From: Chlorobiaceae bacterium
GTDB taxonomy: Bacteria; Bacteroidota; Ignavibacteria; UBA10030; SZUA-254
NCBI GenBank assembly: GCA_013824245.1
Contig: PNNN01000004.1
Span: forward strand, 1,973 to 65,972
Direction of reading: 5' to 3'
Length of the DNA: 64,000 nt
The position numbers and the translations under genes are program-made. Positions 32,837 to 42,796 of the stretch are shown piece after piece. The notes under the pieces were generated by a model. That model saw only the letters and a list, made by a program, of their open reading frames with translations, had not been told where the DNA came from and ran no database searches. Within the stretch, counting starts at the first letter, position 1. Each line of letters starts with the position of its first letter.

Positions 32837-32907
32837 TGCCGGGTCGTCTAATGGCAGGACAACGCCCTTTGGAGGCGTCTGTAGAGGTTCGACTCCTCTC
32901 CCGGCAG
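32837..32907 (+). tRNA. tRNA-Gln (anticodon UUG) embedded between rplR and rpsE
   Basis: Hand-folded 71-nt cloverleaf: tgccggg-tc-gtct-aatggca-ggac-a-acgcc-ctTTGga-ggcgt-ctgt-agagg-ttcgact-cctct-cccggca-g. U1-A72 and G73 fit bacterial tRNA-Gln. No encoded CCA. Confidence 0.85.
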
Positions 32908-32944
32908 CAGTAAGAAAAGATTATTTTATATTTTGGAGTAAACA

Positions 32945-33469
32945 TTGACAAGAATAAAAACAGGCGAACTTGAACTTAAAGACCGGCTCGTACACATCAA
33001 TCGTGTTGCGAAGGTCGTAAAAGGTGGAAGACGTTTTAGTTTCAGCGCAATCGTTGTTGTTGGCGACGGTCGAGGATATGTTGGCGTTGGTTTGGGTAAA
33101 GCTAACGAAGTGCAGGACGCTATCGCAAAGGGAATCGACGATGCAAAGAAAAATGTTGTTCATGTCTCCATTCTAAATGGAACTATTCCTCATACTGTTA
33201 TCGGTAAATACAGCGCATCAAGAGTATTGTTGAAGCCCGCATCGCCCGGTACAGGATTAATTGCAGGTGGTGGTGTGCGTGCAGTGTTGGAATCTGCAGG
33301 TGTGAAAGATGTTTTAACAAAATCTATTGGTTCATGCAATCCTCACAACGTTGTGAAAGCAACGCTGAGAGCGCTCCAGGGTTTGATAGATGCAAAAACA
33401 ATGGCTGCGCGTCGCGGTTTGGGTTTAGCCGAAATATTCGGTTCGCAAAATGCTCCATCTTCTAATTAA
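32945..33469 (+). CDS. rpsE: 30S ribosomal protein S5
   Basis: 174 aa, TTG start. [25 protein letters not shown]. Confidence 0.97.
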   Translation: MTRIKTGELELKDRLVHINRVAKVVKGGRRFSFSAIVVVGDGRGYVGVGLGKANEVQDAIAKGIDDAKKNVVHVSILNGTIPHTVIGKYSASRVLLKPASPGTGLIAGGGVRAVLESAGVKDVLTKSIGSCNPHNVVKATLRALQGLIDAKTMAARRGLGLAEIFGSQNAPSSN

Positions 33470-33479
33470 TGGATAGTCT

Positions 33480-33665
33480 ATGGCGAAAAAAATTAAAATC
33501 ACACAAAAAATAAGTCAGATTCATACTCTCAAATCACATAAAGCAACTATAAAAGCTTTAGGACTTGGAAGACCGAATTATTCAGTAATCCAGAACGATA
33601 CGCCACAAATCAGAGGTATGATTGATAAGGTGAAATATCTTCTAAAAGTAGAAGAGGTGAAATAG
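33480..33665 (+). CDS. rpmD: 50S ribosomal protein L30
   Basis: 61 aa. Conserved position. Confidence 0.93.
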   Translation: MAKKIKITQKISQIHTLKSHKATIKALGLGRPNYSVIQNDTPQIRGMIDKVKYLLKVEEVK

Positions 33666-33667
33666 TT

Positions 33668-34147
33668 ATGGCGAATAATGCATTACATAATTTAAAATAC
33701 GCTCCCGGATCGAGAAAGAAAGTTAAACGCATCGCCCGTGGTCAGGGATCGGGACACGGCGGCACGGCTACACGCGGACATAAGGGCGAAGGTGCCCGGT
33801 CTGGAACACATTATCGACCATGGTTTGAAGGCGGTCAGATGCCGCTTGTTCGTCGAGTTCCGAAATTCGGTTTTACGAATGTTCTTCGAGTGGAATATCA
33901 AAAAGTGAATGTTTCTCGACTTGAAGAGTTTGCAGCCGCAGGCAAAATAAAAGATGGAAAAATTAATCCGGAATTATTATACACCTTAGGTGCGGTTTCA
34001 AAAAAATCTTTGCCCATAAAAATTTTAGGCGACGGAGATTTGAAATCCAAATTAGAAATTACGGCAAATTCGTTTAGCAAAACAGCCGTGCAGAAAATTG
34101 AATCTGCCGGTGGAAAAGCAATTACTATCAACAAATCAGCGAAGTAA
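33668..34147 (+). CDS. rplO: 50S ribosomal protein L15
   Basis: 159 aa. RGQGSGHGGTATRGHKG. Confidence 0.96.
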   Translation: MANNALHNLKYAPGSRKKVKRIARGQGSGHGGTATRGHKGEGARSGTHYRPWFEGGQMPLVRRVPKFGFTNVLRVEYQKVNVSRLEEFAAAGKIKDGKINPELLYTLGAVSKKSLPIKILGDGDLKSKLEITANSFSKTAVQKIESAGGKAITINKSAK

Positions 34148-34153
34148 TCTTCA

Positions 34154-35491
34154 ATGGCAAAACTCAGCGAAAGTTTTCGGAACATCTTCAAAATTCAGGA
34201 ACTCCGACAGAGAATATTCTTTACTGCCGGACTGTTGATCATTGTTCGTTTAGGCGCTCACGTTACATTACCCGGTGTTGATGCACAATTGCTTACAGAA
34301 GCAATGAGAAATCAGGCATCTAACACGCTCTTCGGTTTATACGATCTGTTTGTTGGCGGCGCTTTCAGCAATGCGGCAATATTTGCGCTCGGTATTATGC
34401 CTTACATCAGCGCATCTATTATAATCCAATTGCTCGGTGCAGTGATTCCGTACTTCCAAAAATTATCAAAAGAAGGTGAGGAAGGTCGGAAAAAGATCAC
34501 TCAACTTACTCGATACGGAACCGTCTTAATCTCTATGCTTCAGGCGTGGGGAGTCAGCGTTCAATTGATGAGTATAAACGCCGAGGGTATGCCTATAGTG
34601 CCACCAATGGTGCATGGATTCGTATTCCAAATTTCTACCATGTTCGTTCTAACTGCCGGTACAATCTTCATGATGTGGCTGGGAGAACAAATTACAGAGC
34701 GTGGTATTGGAAACGGAATCTCACTTATAATCTTTATCGGAATCATTGCGCGATTCCCAAGTGCTCTGCTCGATGAATATCAACTCGTAAGTTCAGGCGC
34801 TCGTGGTTTGATTATCGAATTAATCATCTTCATTATGATGTTTTTCATTGTTGCCGGTATCGTTATGGTTACGCAGGCAACCCGACGGATCCCGGTTCAA
34901 TATGCAAAACGCGTTGTTGGAAGAAAAATTTATGGCGGCGTGACACAATACATTCCGATGCGTGTGAATACCGCCGGTGTCATGCCGATAATTTTTGCGC
35001 AAGCGATCATGTTTATCCCGAACACAATTCTCACTTTCTTCCCCGAAAACGATTTTATGCAGGGGATAGCGGGGTATTTTAATTATACATCGATCACATA
35101 TTCCGTCATTTATGCGTTGATGATTATTTTCTTTACATATTTTTATACTGCCGTAGCGTTCAATCCAAAAGACGTTGCAGAGAATATGCAGAAGCAAGGC
35201 GGATTTATTCCGGGTATTAGGCCCGGCAAACATACTTCAGATTTCATAGATAACATCTTAACAAAAATAACATTGCCCGGATCGATATTCCTTGCAATAG
35301 TTGCGATCCTTCCTGCATTTCTGATGCGGTTAGGAGTAACATCGAGTTTCGCAAGCTTCTTCGGTGGTACCAGCTTGCTGATTATAGTCGGAGTCGGCTT
35401 GGATACGCTCCAACAAATAGAATCGCATCTCCTCATGCGCCATTACGACGGTTTCATGAAGAGTGGTAAGATAAAAGGCAGAAGGATGTAA
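34154..35491 (+). CDS. secY: preprotein translocase subunit SecY
   Basis: 445 aa. 10-TM pattern. IFALGIMPYISASIIIQLL. Confidence 0.97.
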   Translation: MAKLSESFRNIFKIQELRQRIFFTAGLLIIVRLGAHVTLPGVDAQLLTEAMRNQASNTLFGLYDLFVGGAFSNAAIFALGIMPYISASIIIQLLGAVIPYFQKLSKEGEEGRKKITQLTRYGTVLISMLQAWGVSVQLMSINAEGMPIVPPMVHGFVFQISTMFVLTAGTIFMMWLGEQITERGIGNGISLIIFIGIIARFPSALLDEYQLVSSGARGLIIELIIFIMMFFIVAGIVMVTQATRRIPVQYAKRVVGRKIYGGVTQYIPMRVNTAGVMPIIFAQAIMFIPNTILTFFPENDFMQGIAGYFNYTSITYSVIYALMIIFFTYFYTAVAFNPKDVAENMQKQGGFIPGIRPGKHTSDFIDNILTKITLPGSIFLAIVAILPAFLMRLGVTSSFASFFGGTSLLIIVGVGLDTLQQIESHLLMRHYDGFMKSGKIKGRRM

Positions 35492-35523
35492 TTGCATTCG
35501 TCTTGAACGAATGCTAAATCAAA

Positions 35524-36291
35524 ATGGCGAAAGTTTATATCAAGTCGCCTGCTGAAATTGAATTGATGCGGGAAAGTAACAAGATCGTTGCGGAAGTCCT
35601 CAAGATGATGAGCGCGATGATCAAACCCGGTGTAACGACGAAAGAATTGGATCAATTTGCCGAAGAATTCATTCGGTCTCGGCAAGCAGAACCGGCATTT
35701 AAAGGTTACGGGACAGATAAAAAAAATCTTTTCCCGGCAAGTTTGTGCGTATCGGTAGATGATGAAGTTGTTCACGGCATACCGAGTTCGCGAAAGTTGA
35801 TAGAAGGTGAAATAGTATCTATCGATGTAGGTGTGAAGAAAAATAAATTCTACGGCGATGGCGCGTGGACGTTCGCTGTAGGAAAAATTTCGAGCGATAA
35901 GCAAAGATTACTGCAAGCTACCGAAGAATCGTTATACGAAGGTATTAAGCAAGCAGTATCTGGAAAAAGAGTGCACGATATCTCTGCCGCCGTTCAGAGG
36001 CGTGTTGAATACGAAGGATTTTCGGTCGTTCGGGATTTAGTCGGACACGGCGTAGGAAAATATTTGCACGAAGAACCGGCTGTTCCTAATTACGGCGAAA
36101 GTGGAACAGGATTGTTGTTGAAAACCGGAATGACATTAGCAATTGAACCGATGGTGAATGCCGGAAGCTATAGGGTTCGGGTTGACGCCGACGGTTGGAC
36201 AGTTAGAACAGTAGACGGCAAAGCATCAGCGCATTTTGAACATACAATTTTAGTTAAAGATGGTAAACCAGAAATACTCACAATATCATAA
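35524..36291 (+). CDS. map: type I methionine aminopeptidase
   Basis: 255 aa. Metal ligand context VHGIP, DVG, GHGVG, EP, EH. Confidence 0.95.
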   Translation: MAKVYIKSPAEIELMRESNKIVAEVLKMMSAMIKPGVTTKELDQFAEEFIRSRQAEPAFKGYGTDKKNLFPASLCVSVDDEVVHGIPSSRKLIEGEIVSIDVGVKKNKFYGDGAWTFAVGKISSDKQRLLQATEESLYEGIKQAVSGKRVHDISAAVQRRVEYEGFSVVRDLVGHGVGKYLHEEPAVPNYGESGTGLLLKTGMTLAIEPMVNAGSYRVRVDADGWTVRTVDGKASAHFEHTILVKDGKPEILTIS

Positions 36292-36296
36292 GGTGA

Positions 36297-36515
36297 ATGG
36301 CTAAGCAGGGACCAATTACGATGGACGGTGTAATAACCGATACTTTACCTAACGCAATGTTCAGGGTGAAGTTAGATAACGGTCACGAGATATTGGCAGT
36401 AATTTCAGGTAAAATGAGAATGCATTACATCAAAATTTTAGTTGGCGATAAAGTAACAGTAGATATGTCGCCGTACGATCTAACCAAAGGTCGTATTACG
36501 TATCGGTATAAATAA
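36297..36515 (+). CDS. infA: translation initiation factor IF-1
   Basis: 72 aa. S1-like. [25 protein letters not shown]. Confidence 0.97.
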   Translation: MAKQGPITMDGVITDTLPNAMFRVKLDNGHEILAVISGKMRMHYIKILVGDKVTVDMSPYDLTKGRITYRYK

Positions 36516-36526
36516 TTGGAGTTTTC

Positions 36527-36640
36527 ATGAAAGTTCGATCATCAGTGAAACGATTATGTGATAATTGTAAGATCATCCGCCGGAAAGGTGTTGTGCGGGT
36601 AATTTGCAAAAATCCTAAACACAAACAAAGACAAGGATAA
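36527..36640 (+). CDS. rpmJ: 50S ribosomal protein L36 (zinc form)
   Basis: 37-aa ORF below the track cutoff, hand translated: [37 protein letters not shown]. Confidence 0.93.
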   Translation: MKVRSSVKRLCDNCKIIRRKGVVRVICKNPKHKQRQG

Positions 36641-36687
36641 AGACAAATTCTTATTAGAATTTAATTTAGTCGAAAGGATAATTAAGA

Positions 36688-37071
36688 GTGGCTCGTATAG
36701 CAGGCATAGATTTACCAAAAAATAAACGATCCGAGATCGGACTAACTTATATCTTTGGCATTGGTCGGAGTACCGCACACAAAATACTCGATCAAGCCGG
36801 AATCAGTTACGCAAAAAAAATAAACGAACTGTCAGATGATGAAGTGGCAAAAATTCGTTCTATCATAACCTCTGATATGAAAGTTGAAGGTTCCGCCCGT
36901 ACAGAAACGCAAATGAACATCAAGCGGTTGATGGATATTAATTCATATCGTGGATTAAGGCACCGAAAAGGATTACCGGTTCGAGGGCAACGGACAAGAA
37001 CAAACTCCCGAACGCGTAAAGGTAAACGTAAGACTGTTGCCGGCAAGAAAAAAGCAATAGCCAAGAAATAA
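36688..37071 (+). CDS. rpsM: 30S ribosomal protein S13
   Basis: 127 aa, GTG start. [13 protein letters not shown]. Confidence 0.97.
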   Translation: MARIAGIDLPKNKRSEIGLTYIFGIGRSTAHKILDQAGISYAKKINELSDDEVAKIRSIITSDMKVEGSARTETQMNIKRLMDINSYRGLRHRKGLPVRGQRTRTNSRTRKGKRKTVAGKKKAIAKK

Positions 37072-37093
37072 CATTTAATAACGGATTTATAAT

Positions 37094-37507
37094 ATGGCAA
37101 AACAAAGTTCAGGTGCAGCGGCACAATCAACTGCTGCAAAAAAGAAAAAGAAAATTCAAGTCGATGTAACTGGTAAAGTTTTTATTAAAGCTACATTCAA
37201 CAACGTCATCGTTACCATTACAGATGTTTACGGAAACGTAATCAGTTGGTCCTCGGCAGGCCGCAATGCTTTTAAAGGGTCTCGAAAGAATACACCCTTT
37301 GCCGCGCAGGTAACAGCCGAAGCCGCTGCAAAAGAAGCATACGATCTGGGTTTAAGAAAGGTCGATGTGTTTGTTAAAGGTCCGGGATCAGGACGTGAAG
37401 CTGGCGTGAGGTCTTTACAAACTACCGGTTTGGAAATTCTTAGCATACGCGATATTACACCGATACCGCATAATGGATGCCGTCCGCCCAAAAGGCGCCG
37501 CGTTTAA
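37094..37507 (+). CDS. rpsK: 30S ribosomal protein S11
   Basis: 137 aa. [11 protein letters not shown]...[13 protein letters not shown]. Confidence 0.97.
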   Translation: MAKQSSGAAAQSTAAKKKKKIQVDVTGKVFIKATFNNVIVTITDVYGNVISWSSAGRNAFKGSRKNTPFAAQVTAEAAAKEAYDLGLRKVDVFVKGPGSGREAGVRSLQTTGLEILSIRDITPIPHNGCRPPKRRRV

Positions 37508-37541
37508 AATATTTTATTAGAATATCAACAGTAAGGAAACT

Positions 37542-38171
37542 ATGGGTCGTTATATTGAAGCAAGTTGTCGGTTGTGCCGAAGAGAGAGACAAAAACTTTT
37601 CTTAAAAGGTACGAAATGTTTTACAGAGAAATGCCCGGTCGAGCGAAGAGCATATCCGCCCGGAGCGCACGGACAATCAAGACGTCAGAAAATATCTGAG
37701 TACGGAGTTCAACTTCGCGAGAAGCAGAAGATTCGGCGCATGTATGGATTACAAGAAGTTCAATTCAGAAATTATTTCGAGCGTGCGCTCAGTATTCCGG
37801 GACGCACAGGTGAAAATCTCGTAAAAATACTTGAGAGACGGCTCGATTCAGTAGTATACCGTCTCGGTTTTTCTCCTTCGAGAAAAGCGGGACGACAAAT
37901 GATTGTACACGGTCACTTTTTAGTAAATCATAAATCTGTCAACATCCCGTCTTTTCTTTTAAAAGCCGGTGATATTGTGCAAGTTGTCGATAAAAGTAAA
38001 AAGCTCGAGATCATTCACTCATCCATGAAGCGCATGAAAGATAACACAATGCTTCCTTGGCTGAGTCTTGATAAAGCAGGAATGGCAGGTACATTCCTAA
38101 ATATCCCTGAGCGCGCAGATATTCCGCTCAACGCTAACGAACAATTAGTCGTAGAACTTTACTCCAAATAA
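37542..38171 (+). CDS. rpsD: 30S ribosomal protein S4
   Basis: 209 aa. Zn-knuckle-like CRLCRRE...C..KC. S4 RNA-binding domain. Confidence 0.97.
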   Translation: MGRYIEASCRLCRRERQKLFLKGTKCFTEKCPVERRAYPPGAHGQSRRQKISEYGVQLREKQKIRRMYGLQEVQFRNYFERALSIPGRTGENLVKILERRLDSVVYRLGFSPSRKAGRQMIVHGHFLVNHKSVNIPSFLLKAGDIVQVVDKSKKLEIIHSSMKRMKDNTMLPWLSLDKAGMAGTFLNIPERADIPLNANEQLVVELYSK

Positions 38172-38220
38172 AAATCTCAAGAGCACCGATCTAAATAATA
38201 ATCGGTGGGAGAAGGAAAAT

Positions 38221-39210
38221 ATGATAGCAACAAATTATCAGATGCCTGAGAAGGTACAAATCGACGAAGTAAGTTATACGAATACATTCGGCCGATTCAT
38301 TCTACAACCCTTGGAAAAAGGATTCGGTGTAACAATCGGAAACGCATTTCGCCGTGTTCTTCTTTCATCACTTCAGGGAACAGCTTTCACTGCCTTGAGG
38401 ATTGAAGGAGTGCTGCACGAGTTCTCTACAATACCGGGCGTTGTTGAAGATGTCTCAGAAATTATTCTCAATCTAAAATCAGTGAGGATGAAACTTATAA
38501 ATAAAAAGTTGAACCGAGTTGTTTTAGAGATGAAAGGCGCAAAAGATATAACCGCCGCCGATATTCAAAAAGCGAATCCGGAAATTGAAATTTTAAATCC
38601 CGATCAACATATCGCCACGCTAAACGCAGGCGCTCAGGTTGAAATGGAATTACGGATTGGGCGCGGTAAAGGTTATGTAACCGCTGAAGAAAATAAAGCT
38701 CCCGACCAAACGGTAGACGCTATTACGATGGACTCGATCTTTACGCCGATTAAAAATGTGAGGTTTGTAATTGAGGCGACACGCGTTGGTCAGCAAACCG
38801 ATTACGAAAAGCTAACACTTGAAATAGAAACCGACGGCTCAATTGCACCCGATGATGCATTGGCACAGGCGGCTGTTATTTTACGAGATCACGTTCAACT
38901 GTTCCTAAGTTTCAACATCGATTCCGATGCTCAGGAAGAAATGTTGGAGAAAGATTCCGAATTCGTCCGGATACGGAAAATATTGCAGATGCCGGTTGAT
39001 GAGATGGAACTTTCAGTCCGATCTCATAATTGTTTGAAAGCGGCAAACATTCGCACCATAGCCGATTTGGTTAGGAGAGATGAGCCGGAATTATTAAAAT
39101 TCAGAAACTTCGGAAGAAAATCACTCGCTGAGTTGAGCGAAATTATAGAACAGTTTGGACTAAACTTCGGGATGGATGTTGAAAAATATCTTCACGACAG
39201 CAACGATTAA
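38221..39210 (+). CDS. rpoA: DNA-directed RNA polymerase subunit alpha
   Basis: 329 aa. FGRFILQPLEKGFGVTIGNAFRRVLLSS. C-terminal domain LSVRSHNCLK. Confidence 0.97.
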   Translation: MIATNYQMPEKVQIDEVSYTNTFGRFILQPLEKGFGVTIGNAFRRVLLSSLQGTAFTALRIEGVLHEFSTIPGVVEDVSEIILNLKSVRMKLINKKLNRVVLEMKGAKDITAADIQKANPEIEILNPDQHIATLNAGAQVEMELRIGRGKGYVTAEENKAPDQTVDAITMDSIFTPIKNVRFVIEATRVGQQTDYEKLTLEIETDGSIAPDDALAQAAVILRDHVQLFLSFNIDSDAQEEMLEKDSEFVRIRKILQMPVDEMELSVRSHNCLKAANIRTIADLVRRDEPELLKFRNFGRKSLAELSEIIEQFGLNFGMDVEKYLHDSND

Positions 39211-39230
39211 TTTAAAACGTAGGAAGAAAA

Positions 39231-39716
39231 ATGCGGCATAGAAAATCAGGTAGAAAATTAAAACGAACGGCAACCCACAGAAAAGCAACACTTTCGGCGC
39301 TCTCAACTTCGCTAATTAAACATAAAAGAATTAAAACTACACTTGCAAAAGCAAAAGAAACCCGCATGGTTGTGGAAAAGATAATAACCCGCGCCAAAAA
39401 TGCAGTTGCGGCAGAAGGTGAACAGAAAAATGTTCACGCCCGCAGAGAAATTGCCCGTTACATAAGAGATCGCGACGCGATCAAAGAACTTTTCACGGAA
39501 ATAGCCACGAAGGTTGCAACACGCCCTGGAGGTTATACTCGAGTTGTGAAACTGGGCCAGCGACACGGTGATGCCGCCGAAGTTGCCGTGCTTGAGTTGG
39601 TAGATTTCAATACAGGTAAAGCACCGGAAAAACCCGCTGCCAAACCAAAAGCCAAGAAAGAGAAAAAAGAAAAGAAAGAAATTCCAACCGGCGAAATGAA
39701 GATGGAAAAAAAATAA
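39231..39716 (+). CDS. rplQ: 50S ribosomal protein L17 (Lys-rich C-terminal extension)
   Basis: 161 aa. [19 protein letters not shown]. Confidence 0.96.
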   Translation: MRHRKSGRKLKRTATHRKATLSALSTSLIKHKRIKTTLAKAKETRMVVEKIITRAKNAVAAEGEQKNVHARREIARYIRDRDAIKELFTEIATKVATRPGGYTRVVKLGQRHGDAAEVAVLELVDFNTGKAPEKPAAKPKAKKEKKEKKEIPTGEMKMEKK

Positions 39717-39743
39717 GCTGAATCAGTTTTCAGATTTACAAGA

Positions 39744-39776
39744 GGGTATCCAGAAATGGATGCCCTTTTTTGTTTT
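39744..39776 (+). terminator. rho-independent terminator closing the ribosomal super-cluster
   Basis: gggtatcca-gaaa-tggatgccc (9 bp with one G-U) followed by tttttttgtttt. Confidence 0.8.
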
Positions 39777-39895
39777 AATATATAATGCATTTATCAATTA
39801 GCAGAACTTCGTGCCTAGTACTTTAATACTTTGTACTCAAATACTTCGTACTTTATTTTGTGATTCCCCTCTAAATTCCGTATTTTAAACACACT

Positions 39896-42439
39896 ATGGC
39901 TTATACATTTTTAGAAATCGAAAAGAAGTGGCAGAAATATTGGGACGACCATCAAACATTTAAGGTCGCAGATGATACTGCCAAACAAAAACTTTACATA
40001 CTCGATATGTTTCCGTATCCATCCGGATCCGGTTTGCACGTCGGTCATCCCGAGGGATATACCGCTACTGATATTTACACTCGCTTTAAGCGGATGAATG
40101 GTTTTAATGTGTTGCATCCGATGGGGTGGGATGCTTTTGGATTACCTGCCGAGCGGTACGCAATGCAAACCGGGATTCATCCCAGCATAACGACGCAGCA
40201 AAATATTGCAACCTTCAAGCGACAAATTAAAATGCTCGGTTTGTCATACGATTGGTCGCGCGAGGTGAACACAACCAATCCGAAATATTATAAATGGACG
40301 CAGTGGATTTTCCTGAAGATTTATAACTCATGGTACGATACGAAGTTAGATAAAGCACGCCCAATATCGGAACTGCCGATTCCATCAAACCTATCTGAAA
40401 AAGAAAAATACGATTACGTTACGAAACACCGGCTTGCATACCTTGCCGAGATGCCGGTGAACTGGTGCCCCGAACTTGGTACCGTCCTTGCTAACGAAGA
40501 AGTTGACGAGTGGGTAAGCAAAGGTTACACTGTTGAACGCAGGGCGATGCGACAATGGATGCTGCGTATTACCGCTTATGCTGAACGGTTGGAAAAAGAT
40601 TTAGCCGAGCTTGATTGGCACTCCGGCATTTTAGAAATGCAGCGCAACTGGATTGGTCGATCCGAAGGCGCTATAGTAAATTTCGAAATCAGAAATTCCC
40701 GCCTGACGGACAGGCAGGCGAAATCCGAAATTAGTATTTTTACAACTCGTGCCGATACAATGTTTGGCGCAACTTATATGGTTCTCGCACCCGAACACCC
40801 GCTTGTAGATGAGATCACAATTCCTGAACAAAAAAAGATCGTCGATGATTATCGTAATCAAGCAAAAATGAAGAGTGAACTGGATCGTGTTGCTCTTGAT
40901 AAAAACAAAACCGGAGTTTTCACCGGCGCATATGCAGTTAATCCGGCGACAAAGAAAAATATTCCAATTTGGATTGCAGATTATGTGATAATTACTTACG
41001 GCACCGGTGCAATCATGGCAGTGCCGGGACATGATGAACGGGATTACGAGTTTGCTAAACAATTTAATCTTCCGATTGTTGAAGTCGTGGCAGGCGGCGA
41101 CATTTCAAAAGAAGCTTACACCGGAGATGCCAAAGCGGTGAATTCTGCGAACGATGAAGTTTCTCTCAATGGATTATCGACCGAAGATGCAAAAGTACGC
41201 ATGGCGGAATGGTTGGAGAAAAAAAGTCTTGGCAAACGATCTATCAATTATAAATTGAGGGATTGGCTGTTCTCGCGTCAACGATATTGGGGTGAACCGT
41301 TCCCGTTGATTTATCTCGATGATGGAACTGTAAAAGATTTACCTGAAACCGATCTTCCGATTTTATTACCTGCAAGCAAATCATATAAACCTAGCGACAC
41401 CGGTGAATCTGCGTTGGCAACAATTCCTGAATGGGTCAATACGATTGATCCGGCAACCGGAAAACCCGCGCGACGTGAAACGCACACAATGCCTCAGTGG
41501 GCTGGCTCGTGCTGGTATTATCTTCGCTATATCGATCCTGATAACGATAAAGAATTTATCTCGAAGGAAAAAGAAAAATATTGGATGCCGATTGATCTTT
41601 ATGTTGGCGGTGCGGAACATGCCGTTCTGCATTTGCTGTACGCCCGCTTCTGGCATAAAGTTCTATACGATCTTGGATATCTTTCAACCAAAGAACCTTT
41701 TAGGCGTCTGATAAATCAAGGAACGATTCTTGGTGAAGATGGACAAAAAATGTCTAAGTCGCGCGGTAATGTGGTAAATCCCGACGATGTTGTGAGCGAG
41801 TATGGAGCCGACGCAATGAGATTATTCGAAATGTTTATGGGTCCGCTTGTTGATACCAAACCGTGGTCAACTCACGGCGTAGAAGGCGTGTACCGTTTTC
41901 TAAATCGTGTTTGGCGAATGATTGTAGATGAGAATAACGCACTTCATCCAACAATCAAAGATGTTTCAATCTCCGGTGATGATGATAGATTTCTCCATCA
42001 AACGATAAAAAAGGTAACGCTCGATTTGGAAGGAATGAATTTCAATACCGCAATTTCACAGATGATGATTTTCGTTAACGAGTTTTTAAACCGCGATGTG
42101 AAACCAAGATGTATGATGGAAACGTTTGTTTTGCTCCTCTCACCATTTGCACCGCATATTGCAGAAGAATTATGGCAAATACTTGGACATACATCTTCTC
42201 TTGCATACGAGAAATGGCCCCAGTATAATGAATCTAAAACAGTGGTAAGTACAATCGAGATGGTTGTGCAAGTGAACGGAAAAGTTCGCTCCAAGTTTCC
42301 TGTTGCAATTGATATGGATGAAGAAGTTCTCAGGAAACTTGTATTAGATGATGAAAACGTGAAGCGGCATATCGATGGAAAACAAATCGTTAAAATGGTT
42401 GTTGTAAAAAACAAACTTGTCAGTATCGTGGTAAAATAA
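39896..42439 (+). CDS. leuS: leucine--tRNA ligase
   Basis: 847 aa. HVGHPEGY (HIGH) and KMSKS motifs. Confidence 0.98.
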   Translation: MAYTFLEIEKKWQKYWDDHQTFKVADDTAKQKLYILDMFPYPSGSGLHVGHPEGYTATDIYTRFKRMNGFNVLHPMGWDAFGLPAERYAMQTGIHPSITTQQNIATFKRQIKMLGLSYDWSREVNTTNPKYYKWTQWIFLKIYNSWYDTKLDKARPISELPIPSNLSEKEKYDYVTKHRLAYLAEMPVNWCPELGTVLANEEVDEWVSKGYTVERRAMRQWMLRITAYAERLEKDLAELDWHSGILEMQRNWIGRSEGAIVNFEIRNSRLTDRQAKSEISIFTTRADTMFGATYMVLAPEHPLVDEITIPEQKKIVDDYRNQAKMKSELDRVALDKNKTGVFTGAYAVNPATKKNIPIWIADYVIITYGTGAIMAVPGHDERDYEFAKQFNLPIVEVVAGGDISKEAYTGDAKAVNSANDEVSLNGLSTEDAKVRMAEWLEKKSLGKRSINYKLRDWLFSRQRYWGEPFPLIYLDDGTVKDLPETDLPILLPASKSYKPSDTGESALATIPEWVNTIDPATGKPARRETHTMPQWAGSCWYYLRYIDPDNDKEFISKEKEKYWMPIDLYVGGAEHAVLHLLYARFWHKVLYDLGYLSTKEPFRRLINQGTILGEDGQKMSKSRGNVVNPDDVVSEYGADAMRLFEMFMGPLVDTKPWSTHGVEGVYRFLNRVWRMIVDENNALHPTIKDVSISGDDDRFLHQTIKKVTLDLEGMNFNTAISQMMIFVNEFLNRDVKPRCMMETFVLLLSPFAPHIAEELWQILGHTSSLAYEKWPQYNESKTVVSTIEMVVQVNGKVRSKFPVAIDMDEEVLRKLVLDDENVKRHIDGKQIVKMVVVKNKLVSIVVK

Positions 42440-42796
42440 ATGGATTCAGTCCCAATAATAAAACCGGACGAAACCATTGAAGAATATGTTTCTAAGCTTA
42501 ACTACACGACATCGCTTAATGTAGCAGAGGCAATAAAAAACAATCCTTACTCAAAGATTCGCTTTGGGAAAATTCTCATTGCTGTGTTTCGCACTTATGT
42601 TTCTGTCTATTTTTTAGAGGGGAAAATATTCCAGGGAGTTGATGGATTTATTGCCGCTCGTTTGGCAGCGATTCACACGTTAGTCTCCGAAGCAAAAAGA
42701 TGGGAGTACTATATGCGACAGAAAGAAGTGAAGGGATGCTTGCCACCTATCACTCAAGAAGAAGTAGATGCACTCAAACAGAAATACGATTATTAA
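42440..42796 (+). CDS. hypothetical protein resembling the C-terminal tail of the adjacent GT2 glycosyltransferase
   Basis: 118 aa. ATG abuts the leuS stop (taaATG). The segment EGKIFQGVDGFIAARLAAIHTLVSEAKRWE aligns by eye with RRGFLDGMHGLILSILSANYVFVKYAKLRE of the next ORF. Confidence 0.5.
   Translation: MDSVPIIKPDETIEEYVSKLNYTTSLNVAEAIKNNPYSKIRFGKILIAVFRTYVSVYFLEGKIFQGVDGFIAARLAAIHTLVSEAKRWEYYMRQKEVKGCLPPITQEEVDALKQKYDY

Noticed and set aside
35492-35523. Absence of adk between secY and map.
   Set aside because: To my knowledge, secY followed directly by map-infA-rpmJ is a common layout in the FCB group, so this is not evidence of a deletion or rearrangement.
38184-38207. 7-bp hairpin caccgat/atcggtg between rpsD and rpoA.
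   Set aside because: It is too short and AT-balanced to distinguish from chance. There is no U-tract, and no known regulatory site is expected there.
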